From an uncultured Methanosarcinales archaeon (GTDB taxonomy: Archaea > Nanobdellota > Nanobdellia > Woesearchaeales > ARS49): a stretch of DNA of 64,000 bases. The stretch is taken from positions 1 through 64,000 of the forward strand of contig CAZWVL010000004.1 of assembly GCA_964637115.1 (NCBI GenBank). The letters run 5' to 3'. The stretch's first letter is position 1. Each line of letters starts with the position of its first letter. Positions 19,736-28,054 of this stretch are shown in pieces. Both the position numbers and the translations under genes were made by a program. The notes under the pieces are model-generated. The model worked only from the letters and a program-made list of their open reading frames with translations. It had not been told where the DNA came from and did no database searches.

Positions 19736-19783
19736 TTATACTTTTTTATTAAACTATATATACTAGTATAAAGTATAAGTATT
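19736..19783. promoter_or_regulatory. Operator-like array of AGTATA half-sites between the divergent beta-barrel/SBP operon and regulator 1
   Basis: Perfect palindrome TATACTAGTATA (19759-19770); inverted pair TTATACTTT (19736-19744)/AAAGTATAA (19770-19778); further AGTATT. Confidence 0.5.
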
Positions 19784-19826
19784 AAAGAAAAGGTTTAAAT
19801 ATAAGCCATTGCATCGACGATGTAAT

Positions 19827-20738
19827 ATGAAAAGAAAAGTTGTCCGGCAGGGCGCGGCGACATTAATGGTCTCCCTGCCAAGCAAGTGGGCGCATAAAGT
19901 GCACCTGAAGAAAGGCGATGAGATTGACATAGAGGAATCCAACGGCAATCTAGTGATTTCCAAGGAAAAAGTTGAGACCAAAAAGCAGACCACTATCAAC
20001 ATTTCCAGTTATTCAGAATCTTCTATCCGTGTGGCGCTGTGGAACACGTACCGCGCAGGTTACAGCCGCATTGTTGTTAATTTTTCTGATGAAAAACAGT
20101 ACAAAATTGTGAAGGACGTAATTAAAAATTACGTCGTTGGCTTTGATGTTACTAAGAAAGAGAAGAATTCGTGCATTGTTGAAAATATCACAGAGCCCGC
20201 AGAAGAACAATTTGACGTTCTTTTCAGGAAAATCCTGTATAATATCTCTTTGTTAATCAACATTACTGAAGAACGGCTGAGAAATAAGCAAACGAGCGAC
20301 AATTATAATGAAATTGTACTGAAAATCCACCAATATGACAACTTTTGTCGTCGGGTGATTGCGAAAAGGAATTTGTCCGGCAGTGAGGCATATTTGTTAT
20401 GGTCATTCCTCACGTTGCTAATTCACGGACAGAGAGAACTGTACCATTTAAACAGGTACTTAGATAAGAACAAGGTAAAATTCACGAATTTTGAATTTTA
20501 TGGCAAATTGAGAAAAATATTTGATTTATTGAACGAAGGATACGTCAAAAAAGACTTATCAAAATTTGAAAAGATTCATGAATTGGAAAAAGATATCCTA
20601 TATCAGGAATTTTATGGTTTGATTCAGAAAAATCAGAAAGAGAATATAGTGCTTTATCACATTGCTGCTGCAATAAGACAGTTTTATTTGTCAGTAAGTC
20701 CTTTAGTGGGTCTATTATTGGAATCCAATAAGTCGTAG
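19827..20738 (+). CDS. AbrB/SpoVT-domain, PhoU-like transcriptional regulator (copy 1)
   Basis: N-terminal AbrB motif RKVVRQGAATLMVSLPSKW..KGDEIDIEE followed by helical PhoU-like repeats (YDNFCRRVI). Confidence 0.8.
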   Translation: MKRKVVRQGAATLMVSLPSKWAHKVHLKKGDEIDIEESNGNLVISKEKVETKKQTTINISSYSESSIRVALWNTYRAGYSRIVVNFSDEKQYKIVKDVIKNYVVGFDVTKKEKNSCIVENITEPAEEQFDVLFRKILYNISLLINITEERLRNKQTSDNYNEIVLKIHQYDNFCRRVIAKRNLSGSEAYLLWSFLTLLIHGQRELYHLNRYLDKNKVKFTNFEFYGKLRKIFDLLNEGYVKKDLSKFEKIHELEKDILYQEFYGLIQKNQKENIVLYHIAAAIRQFYLSVSPLVGLLLESNKS

Positions 20739-22444
20739 TGAATTCTTCCTTCATTGTCAGTTATGTGATACAATGCGATTGCCCTGTTAATCAGGTTCCT
20801 TTTCGTTCCTGAAAGGAACTCTGAATAGCCTGATATTTCTTGGCCGTTTTTATTTGTTTTAGAATAATTCAGACTGTTTGCTTTTTTGCGTGCTTCAAAT
20901 AATTCTTCTTTGTCACAGAAATATTCTGCACTGACATCAGCAAGTGTTTTATTGGTTCCAAGTTGATTTTTTAAATACAATATTGCATAGAAACGGTATC
21001 TGAATTCATCAGGAGTGGTTTTATCATTAAATTTATTCACAAAATCATTCGGCACTAAAACTGAATTTGTGCGCATTTCTTTGTACTCATCTTGTTTTAA
21101 TTTTTCGTCTTCCATGAGAGCGCTGCGCATTATTGAATAACATAAGCGCTTGCTCATTCTCCTCATATCCATTGTATTGTCAAGTGGGTCTGCAAATATT
21201 CCTTTTTTCGCCTCTTTTAACGGATTTTCTTGTTCCTTGATTTGCTTGAAATAGGGAATAAACTGTTCTGCAATGTCAGAATTTTGTAAAAGATAGTCTA
21301 ATCCGCTGTCAGGATATATTCCTGTCCTTAAGGTTTCGTGTATTGCAGGTTCTTTGAATCGGTCTGCTTTTTCTTGAATCTGCATTAATTTAAGGCCGCC
21401 AAAAATACCGGTTATAATACCAGCAATAGTTGTAAAACCTACTGCATATTTCCTGATTTTTTGCCACGGAACAATGCGCCTGTTGACAGCATCTTCAAAG
21501 TCTCCTTCGAAATTAAAATGTGCCATATTATCAATATACTTCGGATGTTGGACACTGAGGCAATTGCGGAGCATTTTTCTGTATTGTCGTGGAACAAGGG
21601 CGAGGCGTTTTTCCAGAGCAGCGTCGTGTTCATCAAGATTGACATTTGCTATTTGCTTGCCATCCTGTTTAAGTGTTGCTTTGAGTATCTTTCCATCGAC
21701 GAAAATTGGTGTTCCATCTTCATCAGCTACCAATTCAATTTTAAATAGCGGTTCTCCGGTTAAAGCATAGAACATTGTTGCACCTAATGCATAAAACTCG
21801 CTTTGTATTGTTGCCTTGGCTTCTTTTTTGTCAAGGAGTGCATTGAGTATGTTTGGCGCAGTAAATTGTGTTCCACCTCTGGTCGGCAGGAATGATTCTG
21901 TAATGTCTCCGATTTTACCTGCTGTCTGCAGGTCTGAAAGCTTGGCGCTCTCATCACGTATTCCAATGAGTATATTTGATGGCTTGATGTCTCTGTGCAA
22001 AAGGCCTTCGCGCCAGTGTAAATGTTTCAAGCCTGCTGCAACTTGAGAGAATATGTATTTGAACTTCTCTGGTTCGTTTATTTTACCAAATCGAACACGT
22101 TGCTCTAACGAAATGGCTTCATAATATTCTTCAACTGTGATTGTCTTGTCGCCCGTCTTGAACGCATCATTAATCTCTACAATGTTCGGATGCTTGACTT
22201 TGTTCAGTGCTAGGACTTCGCGTTCATCCAGGTCACCTTTTGAGCGGTTAATGGCTGTCGTGATTGAATTCTCATCAATGTGCTCTTTGGGAATCTTGAC
22301 CACACGGACCTTTTCCACGCTGCCGTGCTTGTAAAGTGCTTCGTAAACGTCTCTGGTGTGGCCTTCTCCAAGTTTGCGAATTATCGTATACCCGTTTTCC
22401 TTGAGTAATTGCTCTACTTTAGAGTCGAGTTTAGTTGCTGCCAT
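20684..22444 (-). CDS. Membrane-anchored Hanks-type Ser/Thr protein kinase with C-terminal extracytoplasmic domain
   Basis: LGEGHTRDV, VVKIP, HPNIV, LHRDIKPSNILI, DLQ in place of DFG, GGTQFTAP; TM AVGFTTIAGIITGIFGGL. Confidence 0.85.
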   Translation of the reverse strand: MAATKLDSKVEQLLKENGYTIIRKLGEGHTRDVYEALYKHGSVEKVRVVKIPKEHIDENSITTAINRSKGDLDEREVLALNKVKHPNIVEINDAFKTGDKTITVEEYYEAISLEQRVRFGKINEPEKFKYIFSQVAAGLKHLHWREGLLHRDIKPSNILIGIRDESAKLSDLQTAGKIGDITESFLPTRGGTQFTAPNILNALLDKKEAKATIQSEFYALGATMFYALTGEPLFKIELVADEDGTPIFVDGKILKATLKQDGKQIANVNLDEHDAALEKRLALVPRQYRKMLRNCLSVQHPKYIDNMAHFNFEGDFEDAVNRRIVPWQKIRKYAVGFTTIAGIITGIFGGLKLMQIQEKADRFKEPAIHETLRTGIYPDSGLDYLLQNSDIAEQFIPYFKQIKEQENPLKEAKKGIFADPLDNTMDMRRMSKRLCYSIMRSALMEDEKLKQDEYKEMRTNSVLVPNDFVNKFNDKTTPDEFRYRFYAILYLKNQLGTNKTLADVSAEYFCDKEELFEARKKANSLNYSKTNKNGQEISGYSEFLSGTKRNLINRAIALYHITDNEGRIHYDLLDSNNRPTKGLTDK

Positions 22445-22623
22445 CGTTCTCCTTCAGAAGCTTGTTTACGGCAAATTCTACAAAATGAGACTTGTTGCGA
22501 AAAGCCCCGTTTTGTAGTTTTTCCTCTACCTGCTTGATGGTATTCTCGTCTATGGATATGCTGACTTTGACCTTCATACGGGGTAGTAAGAATTGCCACC
22601 TTTATAAACCTTTCTCTTTTTAG

Positions 22624-22667
22624 CCACTATCAAGTGGTAACATTTATATACAGGTTATACATAACCT
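22624..22667 (+). promoter_or_regulatory. Promoter (TTTATATA) flanked by two palindromes
   Basis: CCACT-ATCA-AGTGG (22624-22637), TATA at 22643-22650, AGGTTAT-AC-ATAACCT (22652-22667) just before the micro-ORF. Confidence 0.6.
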
Positions 22668-22673
22668 ATCCAT

Positions 22674-22817
22674 ATGAAACAGTTCATAATCACCAAGAAG
22701 ATTGCCAAGCACGGCTCTCAGGCTATTATTGTAGTTCCGAGAGTTCTTGAATCTTATCTAAAGCCAAAGACGTTGGTAAAATTGACGATTGACGTGTTGG
22801 AGGAGCCAGATGAATAA
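22674..22817 (+). CDS. 47-aa AbrB-like/DUF2080-like microprotein (absent from ORF track)
   Basis: MKQFIITKKIAKHGSQAIIVVPRVLESYLKPKTLVKLTIDVLEEPDE; swapped-hairpin pattern KxxKxGxxxxIxVP; overlaps the next start. Confidence 0.7.
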   Translation: MKQFIITKKIAKHGSQAIIVVPRVLESYLKPKTLVKLTIDVLEEPDE

Positions 22818-23334
22818 TCCTCTAACTATTGACTTCAAACTGCAAAGAGAACATTTTGGTCAACTAATTGATATTGACAGAATTGTTTTCCGGCAAGAAC
22901 CTCATCCTAATCAGGTTGCAATAGCAGAGAGGCGACCTGAATTGTACACGGTTATCAGACGCGGAGACCATGTTGTTGGCTATGGTTTAGTTTTGCCATT
23001 GCGAAAAGCTGCGTTAACGGCTTTGAAAGAAGGAAAAATATGGGAAGATGAACTAAACATCGGCTGTCTAACCGACCGGTTGCCAGCTGGCTTTTACATT
23101 TCTTCAATTGCTGCAATACAAGATGCTTCTGAACGAGAGCGCGCAATGATTGTTGGAAGCACAGTCAGCCCTCCATTCCGCACACCTTTTGAAACAATTG
23201 CAATTCCTATTTCAGAAGCTGGTAACAGAATTTGTAGAAATCTGCTTCGTATGATTCCTGTACGAGCACGCACCGAAGTGAAAGGAATCGATGGCTATAC
23301 GCCGACAACATACCAGCGTGGAGGAGCCAAATGA
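22810..23334 (+). CDS. GNAT-fold acetyltransferase-like protein
   Basis: VVGYGLVLPL, FYISSIAA, AIPISEAGNRIC patterns; acetyl-CoA motif A looks degenerate; start MNNPL at 22810 after GGAGG. Confidence 0.5.
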   Translation: MNNPLTIDFKLQREHFGQLIDIDRIVFRQEPHPNQVAIAERRPELYTVIRRGDHVVGYGLVLPLRKAALTALKEGKIWEDELNIGCLTDRLPAGFYISSIAAIQDASERERAMIVGSTVSPPFRTPFETIAIPISEAGNRICRNLLRMIPVRARTEVKGIDGYTPTTYQRGGAK

Positions 23335-25526
23335 AACCGCTTGAACTCCAGCTGAAAGAAATTCTTGGTGTTAAGGAATACAACCGTTTTGCAGATACTG
23401 TGCTTTTCCCTGCTATCGAGCAGCTTGCTGAGAGCGGAAAGCTGAGCAATTCTGATCTTGCCAAATTGGCTAAATTGACAAAGACCTATGGAGCAGGAAT
23501 TTTTGACGTTGCCGCTTCAGACGTGGGAGAGGCAACCAAGCATAATCTGTCAGACGGCTTCTCAATTATTGCAAAATACAAGTTGAATGAGGATTTGGAA
23601 TTCAATCTGTTCGTGAAGAAATTCAGCGACAAAAAAAGCTTTGACCGGGGTGTTCTCATACAGGAAGAAATTGCGCAGCATTTGAGAAACACTGATTTGG
23701 CAGGCGTCGTTCCAGAACAGCTATATAAAAACCGGGGCAAGCGCATTGTTGTTATGCCGCTGGTCGAGGCAAAATCACTCAATGCCGTCTTGCCTGAATC
23801 GAAAGACAAGGAAGAATTGCTTAGAAAAACAATAACAGAATATTTGAAAATAACTGATCATATTGGAGCTAAAAAAGTCTTTGTGCCTCCAAAAAGAAAC
23901 GCCCTCGGAAAACTCTGGTATGATGATTTCAAACTGCCTTCATTGCAGAATTTCGACAGATTTTTTGCAAAGGGCTTTGGTGCTGATGAAAAAATTACAG
24001 AAAGCTACAAGCAGCACATAGGCAGCCGTTTGAACGGAAATACAGGCGATTTCATCCACGGTGATTTGCACCCAGGCAACATTCTGATTAATGACAAGAC
24101 CCATTTCATAGACTGGGAGCTGGCCGCAAATGGTTTTACTGAATTTGACCTTTACAAATTGTTCACAAAATCCAATGTGTCTGATGACCTCGAAGACCGT
24201 TTGCTTGCATATACTGTTATGACTAAGGAAAAACTGCGTGCAAAGCGCGAAAACAGGCAGCCAGCCAGCGCTGACACGCACAGATTGCTATTTGAAGCAT
24301 CTAAGACACGATACAGGTTAAATCAGATTACTCAGGACTTGTTGACTGCTGAACGCTACAACAAGAATGCGCAAAAAGATGTAAAACGCCACGACAAACT
24401 TGAAAAAATGGCATTAACTGCCTATAATATTGCCCTGCGCCATATAGAAAAAGCTGAAAGTGAGGGAATTCTCAGTGCTGATTTCAGGCTGACAATTGAA
24501 GATTTTGTACAAAAGAACAAGCCATATAACCGTATTAATAATGTTGAATTCGCTCAATTATTGAGCGTATATAATCCTCACACAACTCTTTCACAGGATA
24601 ATCTTGTTTCGCACGGCACTGAAATAGGAGCGCCCGTTGACAAAGAATCCAAGCAAAAGAATTTAGAAATTATAAGGAAGAGTTTGCACAAGAAGGATTG
24701 GGGCAAGATTGCAAAACTTGGAATAGCTGCAGCAGTGTTGCTCTGTAGTGCAAGTTATGGTGGACGGAAGTATTTGGAGAGTGAACTTGCAAGAATAAAA
24801 CTCGAGGAAAAGGCTAAACAGGAAGACGCCGATAGTTGGTTTAGAAATGATTTCTGCAAAATTTACGAGACGCGTATTGAGGCTGAGCTGCATGGTGGAA
24901 AGATTCGATGGGCTTATACAGAAGCTGACAAGAGACCGTTGGGAAAAGTGCGGTTAATCGAAGATCGTGAGTTGATCAAAAATACCTGTGACAAGTATAA
25001 TCTTGACTTACAATTTACCAGGAGAATGTATAAGATAAATGCTGCTTTTGCTAACGTTGAAAATAATAAAATGAGTGATAGAGGCATAAATTTCCTTGAT
25101 CCATATAGATTCGTATATACCAAAGGTTCTGAGGCTGATCATTATGATCCAGTAATCAATCTTGAATTTGGTGCAAAAAGATTATCGCGATTGTTTGATA
25201 AGTATAAAGTGGATAGAAATATGATTAAAAATGGGCATCATGTCAATAATGGCAACGATGCAATAAAGAATAATGATTCTTCTTTACAACCATTGATTCG
25301 GGCATTAAAACAGTTTTATACCTTTCAAAAGAATTATACCGAAGATGAGGAAGATAAAAGATATGAAGAGCAGCTAAGCGATGATAAAAAATATAATAAA
25401 AAGCTTGCACGTGGCGTACGTGAAATCATATACGCCTTGTTGACAAATGGTCCCCAATCTGATTTTAATGGTGATATTGTATACTTGGAACAATCAGGAA
25501 TTCCTGACAATTTCATGCGAGAGTAA
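23331..25526 (+). CDS. APH/choline-kinase-family phosphotransferase fused via one TM helix to a lysozyme/SLT-like domain
   Basis: Brenner motif FIHGDLHPGNILI and FIDWE; TM IAKLGIAAAVLLCSASYG; YDPVINLEFGAKRLSRLFDKY resembles the SLT motif. Confidence 0.75.
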   Translation: MKPLELQLKEILGVKEYNRFADTVLFPAIEQLAESGKLSNSDLAKLAKLTKTYGAGIFDVAASDVGEATKHNLSDGFSIIAKYKLNEDLEFNLFVKKFSDKKSFDRGVLIQEEIAQHLRNTDLAGVVPEQLYKNRGKRIVVMPLVEAKSLNAVLPESKDKEELLRKTITEYLKITDHIGAKKVFVPPKRNALGKLWYDDFKLPSLQNFDRFFAKGFGADEKITESYKQHIGSRLNGNTGDFIHGDLHPGNILINDKTHFIDWELAANGFTEFDLYKLFTKSNVSDDLEDRLLAYTVMTKEKLRAKRENRQPASADTHRLLFEASKTRYRLNQITQDLLTAERYNKNAQKDVKRHDKLEKMALTAYNIALRHIEKAESEGILSADFRLTIEDFVQKNKPYNRINNVEFAQLLSVYNPHTTLSQDNLVSHGTEIGAPVDKESKQKNLEIIRKSLHKKDWGKIAKLGIAAAVLLCSASYGGRKYLESELARIKLEEKAKQEDADSWFRNDFCKIYETRIEAELHGGKIRWAYTEADKRPLGKVRLIEDRELIKNTCDKYNLDLQFTRRMYKINAAFANVENNKMSDRGINFLDPYRFVYTKGSEADHYDPVINLEFGAKRLSRLFDKYKVDRNMIKNGHHVNNGNDAIKNNDSSLQPLIRALKQFYTFQKNYTEDEEDKRYEEQLSDDKKYNKKLARGVREIIYALLTNGPQSDFNGDIVYLEQSGIPDNFMRE

Positions 25527-26415
25527 GCGTTTGCCCCATCATTCTTACTATTAATTCTGTCATCTCCCGCAAAAAGCGCAGGACATATGTCTCCTTTGCC
25601 GATTTAGTGCTGTTTAGTTTTCTATCGATTTCAAAAGCAATGCTGTCACGCTCTTTTGCGAGTGCAGCTGCTGCTTCATACGAGAATTCATAGAATAATC
25701 CTTCAAATTTCTTGAAAAGGCGCTGTATTCGGTCATAGAGGGCAATTACCGATGATTCTAATACAACCTTGTTTTTGGTGATATAGCCGGTCAGCAGCTT
25801 GTATTCGTCGCCAAGCTGCTCAAGAAGCATAACAACAGCATACATGACTGGAGTCTTCGAATATTCCGGATACCCATATTTGTTTAGAATACGAAAACAA
25901 TGGTCCGTTACCCTGTTTATGTTGGCTTCCATATCCTCAAGATAGGCGAGGTCTGTTTCTTTTCGTTTTAAGGTTTGAAGGCTTTCGTCAGCTACGGCGC
26001 TTATCATGAAAAATACCCGCCGAAGTATTGGGTCGAATGCGTTTTCAGACACACCCGAAATATCTTTGATGATAAGATAATTTTTGCCTTGCTGGATTAC
26101 TTCCATTCCTATCATTTCCCTGACGCGCTGCTGAATGAGTCTTGCCTTGTTTAACGAGTCAAACTTCACTTCCAGTTCATCAACGCCTTCCAAGTATTTT
26201 GCAGCAACAATTCTTTTGAGCAAATTGTCAAGCTTGCTTAGATCAATGGTCTCCCGCATATGCTTGGGAACGGTTGGCGGGGTCATTACAAGCGTCGTAT
26301 CTTTCTCTTCCAGTTCTATTTCATCACCCGCTTTCAGATTAAGCTTCTTTGTCCACTTGGCAGGCAGTGAAATAGTCAGTGTTGCCGCTCCCTGCTTGAT
26401 TATCTTGCGTCGCAT
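25513..26415 (-). CDS. AbrB/SpoVT-domain, PhoU-like transcriptional regulator (copy 2)
   Basis: MRRKIIKQGAATLTISLPAKW..AGDEIELEE; EANINRVTDHCFRIL and LEQLGDEY PhoU-like motifs; start at 26415. Confidence 0.82.
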   Translation of the reverse strand: MRRKIIKQGAATLTISLPAKWTKKLNLKAGDEIELEEKDTTLVMTPPTVPKHMRETIDLSKLDNLLKRIVAAKYLEGVDELEVKFDSLNKARLIQQRVREMIGMEVIQQGKNYLIIKDISGVSENAFDPILRRVFFMISAVADESLQTLKRKETDLAYLEDMEANINRVTDHCFRILNKYGYPEYSKTPVMYAVVMLLEQLGDEYKLLTGYITKNKVVLESSVIALYDRIQRLFKKFEGLFYEFSYEAAAALAKERDSIAFEIDRKLNSTKSAKETYVLRFLREMTELIVRMMGQTLTLA

Positions 26416-26455
26416 ATCGTCGATAGTCGCTTTCAAGTATATAAATTTTGCCTTT

Positions 26456-26507
26456 AGAATATAAGAATATGCTAGAATATATTCTATATGAAAAAAGAAT
26501 ATATTTC
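26456..26507. promoter_or_regulatory. Operator-like array: four AGAATAT copies including the perfect palindrome TAGAATATATTCTA
   Basis: AGAATAT at 26456, 26464, 26474, 26496; 14-bp palindrome at 26473-26486; lies between divergent regulator 2 and the third SBP operon. Confidence 0.6.
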
Positions 26508-26552
26508 CGATAAGTTGTCACTTGTAGAGTAAGACAAGATTTGGGTGGTAAA

Positions 26553-26972
26553 ATGAACAAAAGAAACGATAACGGTCATGTCAAATATTCACCGGATGCT
26601 TCATTAGTTAACAAGCTCAAGGTTGGAGATCATTATACTGAGATTTGGCAAGGTTTGCCCGATCACCCATTCGAGCCTTCTGCAACAACAGGTGGCAAGT
26701 CAGGCTTAAAGTATGAAACAAATGATAAATACGTCTGGGTTACGCCAAATACTGCTCGTGCACTGGAACAAAATCCGGATGAAATTCTGTATGCCAGTAT
26801 TAAGAAATCTAAAGACAAAGAGTATTGCGCCAGATGGGTAGAATCCATCAGCGGAACTTCCTTTGGAAATACTCTTGAAAGTGCTATTTCTCGAGCTCAA
26901 GAACTGAATATCGAAGAGTTACATAACAGAATCGAGAAGGATCGAAGAAAGAAATTGGAGGCCAAAAAATGA
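26553..26972 (+). CDS. Hypothetical protein; C-terminal half HicB-like
   Basis: YCARWVESISGTSFGNTLESAISRAQE resembles the HicB GxTxEEA pattern; ATGA overlap with SBP9. Confidence 0.5.
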   Translation: MNKRNDNGHVKYSPDASLVNKLKVGDHYTEIWQGLPDHPFEPSATTGGKSGLKYETNDKYVWVTPNTARALEQNPDEILYASIKKSKDKEYCARWVESISGTSFGNTLESAISRAQELNIEELHNRIEKDRRKKLEAKK

Positions 26973-28054
26973 AAACAGCAATAATTGCAATTCTAGTGCT
27001 GTTTCTAGCAGCATGCGTGCAAATAGAAGAAACAAAGCCATTCAAATTAGGTGCACCACTGCCTTTGACTGGCTCAAATGCGTTCTATGGCGACTTTACA
27101 AAGTATGGTATAGAGCTTGCTGTTGAAGACATTAACAAAGCAGGCGGAATCAATGGTAGAACAGTCCAGGTTATCTATGAAGATACTGCTGGAGATAAGA
27201 CAAAAGCCACAACCGCGGCACAGAAGCTGATTCACATCGATGGTGTGGACGCTCTTATTACCTCCACGACTCCGATGAGCGGTGCGATTTCTCCGGTTGC
27301 TGAAGAGAACCGCATTCCGTTAATTTATGCTTCTGCAACAAATTCATTCACTATAAACAAAACGTATGTTTTCAAAGATTATACAGATGCAGCCGGCATC
27401 TGTGAGCTTCTGATGAAACAGGTGAAAAAGGATGGGCATGAAAAAGTGGCCGTCTTTGGTACTGATGCTGAATTTACTCAGCTTTGTAAGAAAGGAGCAG
27501 AAAAAGTTGGAAAACTCAACTCATTTGAGGTTTATCCTGGCGGCGAAACTGATTTCAAAACACAGTTTGCCAAGATTAAGAATGCTGAAAACACTGCTTT
27601 GATTCTTTCGGTGTTCGCTGGAGATTGCCCGCATGCGTACAAGCAGATTCGCGAACTTGGGTTGAAGGCAAAATTGTACACAGCTTTCCAGAGTTTTGCG
27701 TGCGGCAGTGCCGACAACACAAAAGCAAATGCCGACTTGCTTGAGGGCGCATATGGTGCTGATGTTGCTTTAGATGAAGAAAGCGATGATCCTGATTTTC
27801 TCGCTTTTAAGAAGCGCCTTGATGAAAGAGGCTGGACTACGCAAATTCGCGGAAGCGCCATTATGTACGATAGCACAATGGAATTCGCAAAAGCCTTCCA
27901 GGATTGCCAAGATGCTCTTTGTGTAGCCAATAATCTCAGAGCTCTGCAGATGAATGGAATTTCTGGACACATCAGTTATGGTGGAGACCAGATTGTTGAG
28001 CGCGAAATAATGTTGGTGAAATACGAAAACGGCAAATGGAGGAAAGTACAATGA
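26969..28054 (+). CDS. SBP9: Liv-type substrate-binding lipoprotein (paralog of SBP5)
   Basis: Lipobox LAAC; KLGAPLPLTGSNAFYG, EDINKAGGINGR, DFKTQFAKIK. Confidence 0.92.
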   Translation: MKTAIIAILVLFLAACVQIEETKPFKLGAPLPLTGSNAFYGDFTKYGIELAVEDINKAGGINGRTVQVIYEDTAGDKTKATTAAQKLIHIDGVDALITSTTPMSGAISPVAEENRIPLIYASATNSFTINKTYVFKDYTDAAGICELLMKQVKKDGHEKVAVFGTDAEFTQLCKKGAEKVGKLNSFEVYPGGETDFKTQFAKIKNAENTALILSVFAGDCPHAYKQIRELGLKAKLYTAFQSFACGSADNTKANADLLEGAYGADVALDEESDDPDFLAFKKRLDERGWTTQIRGSAIMYDSTMEFAKAFQDCQDALCVANNLRALQMNGISGHISYGGDQIVEREIMLVKYENGKWRKVQ

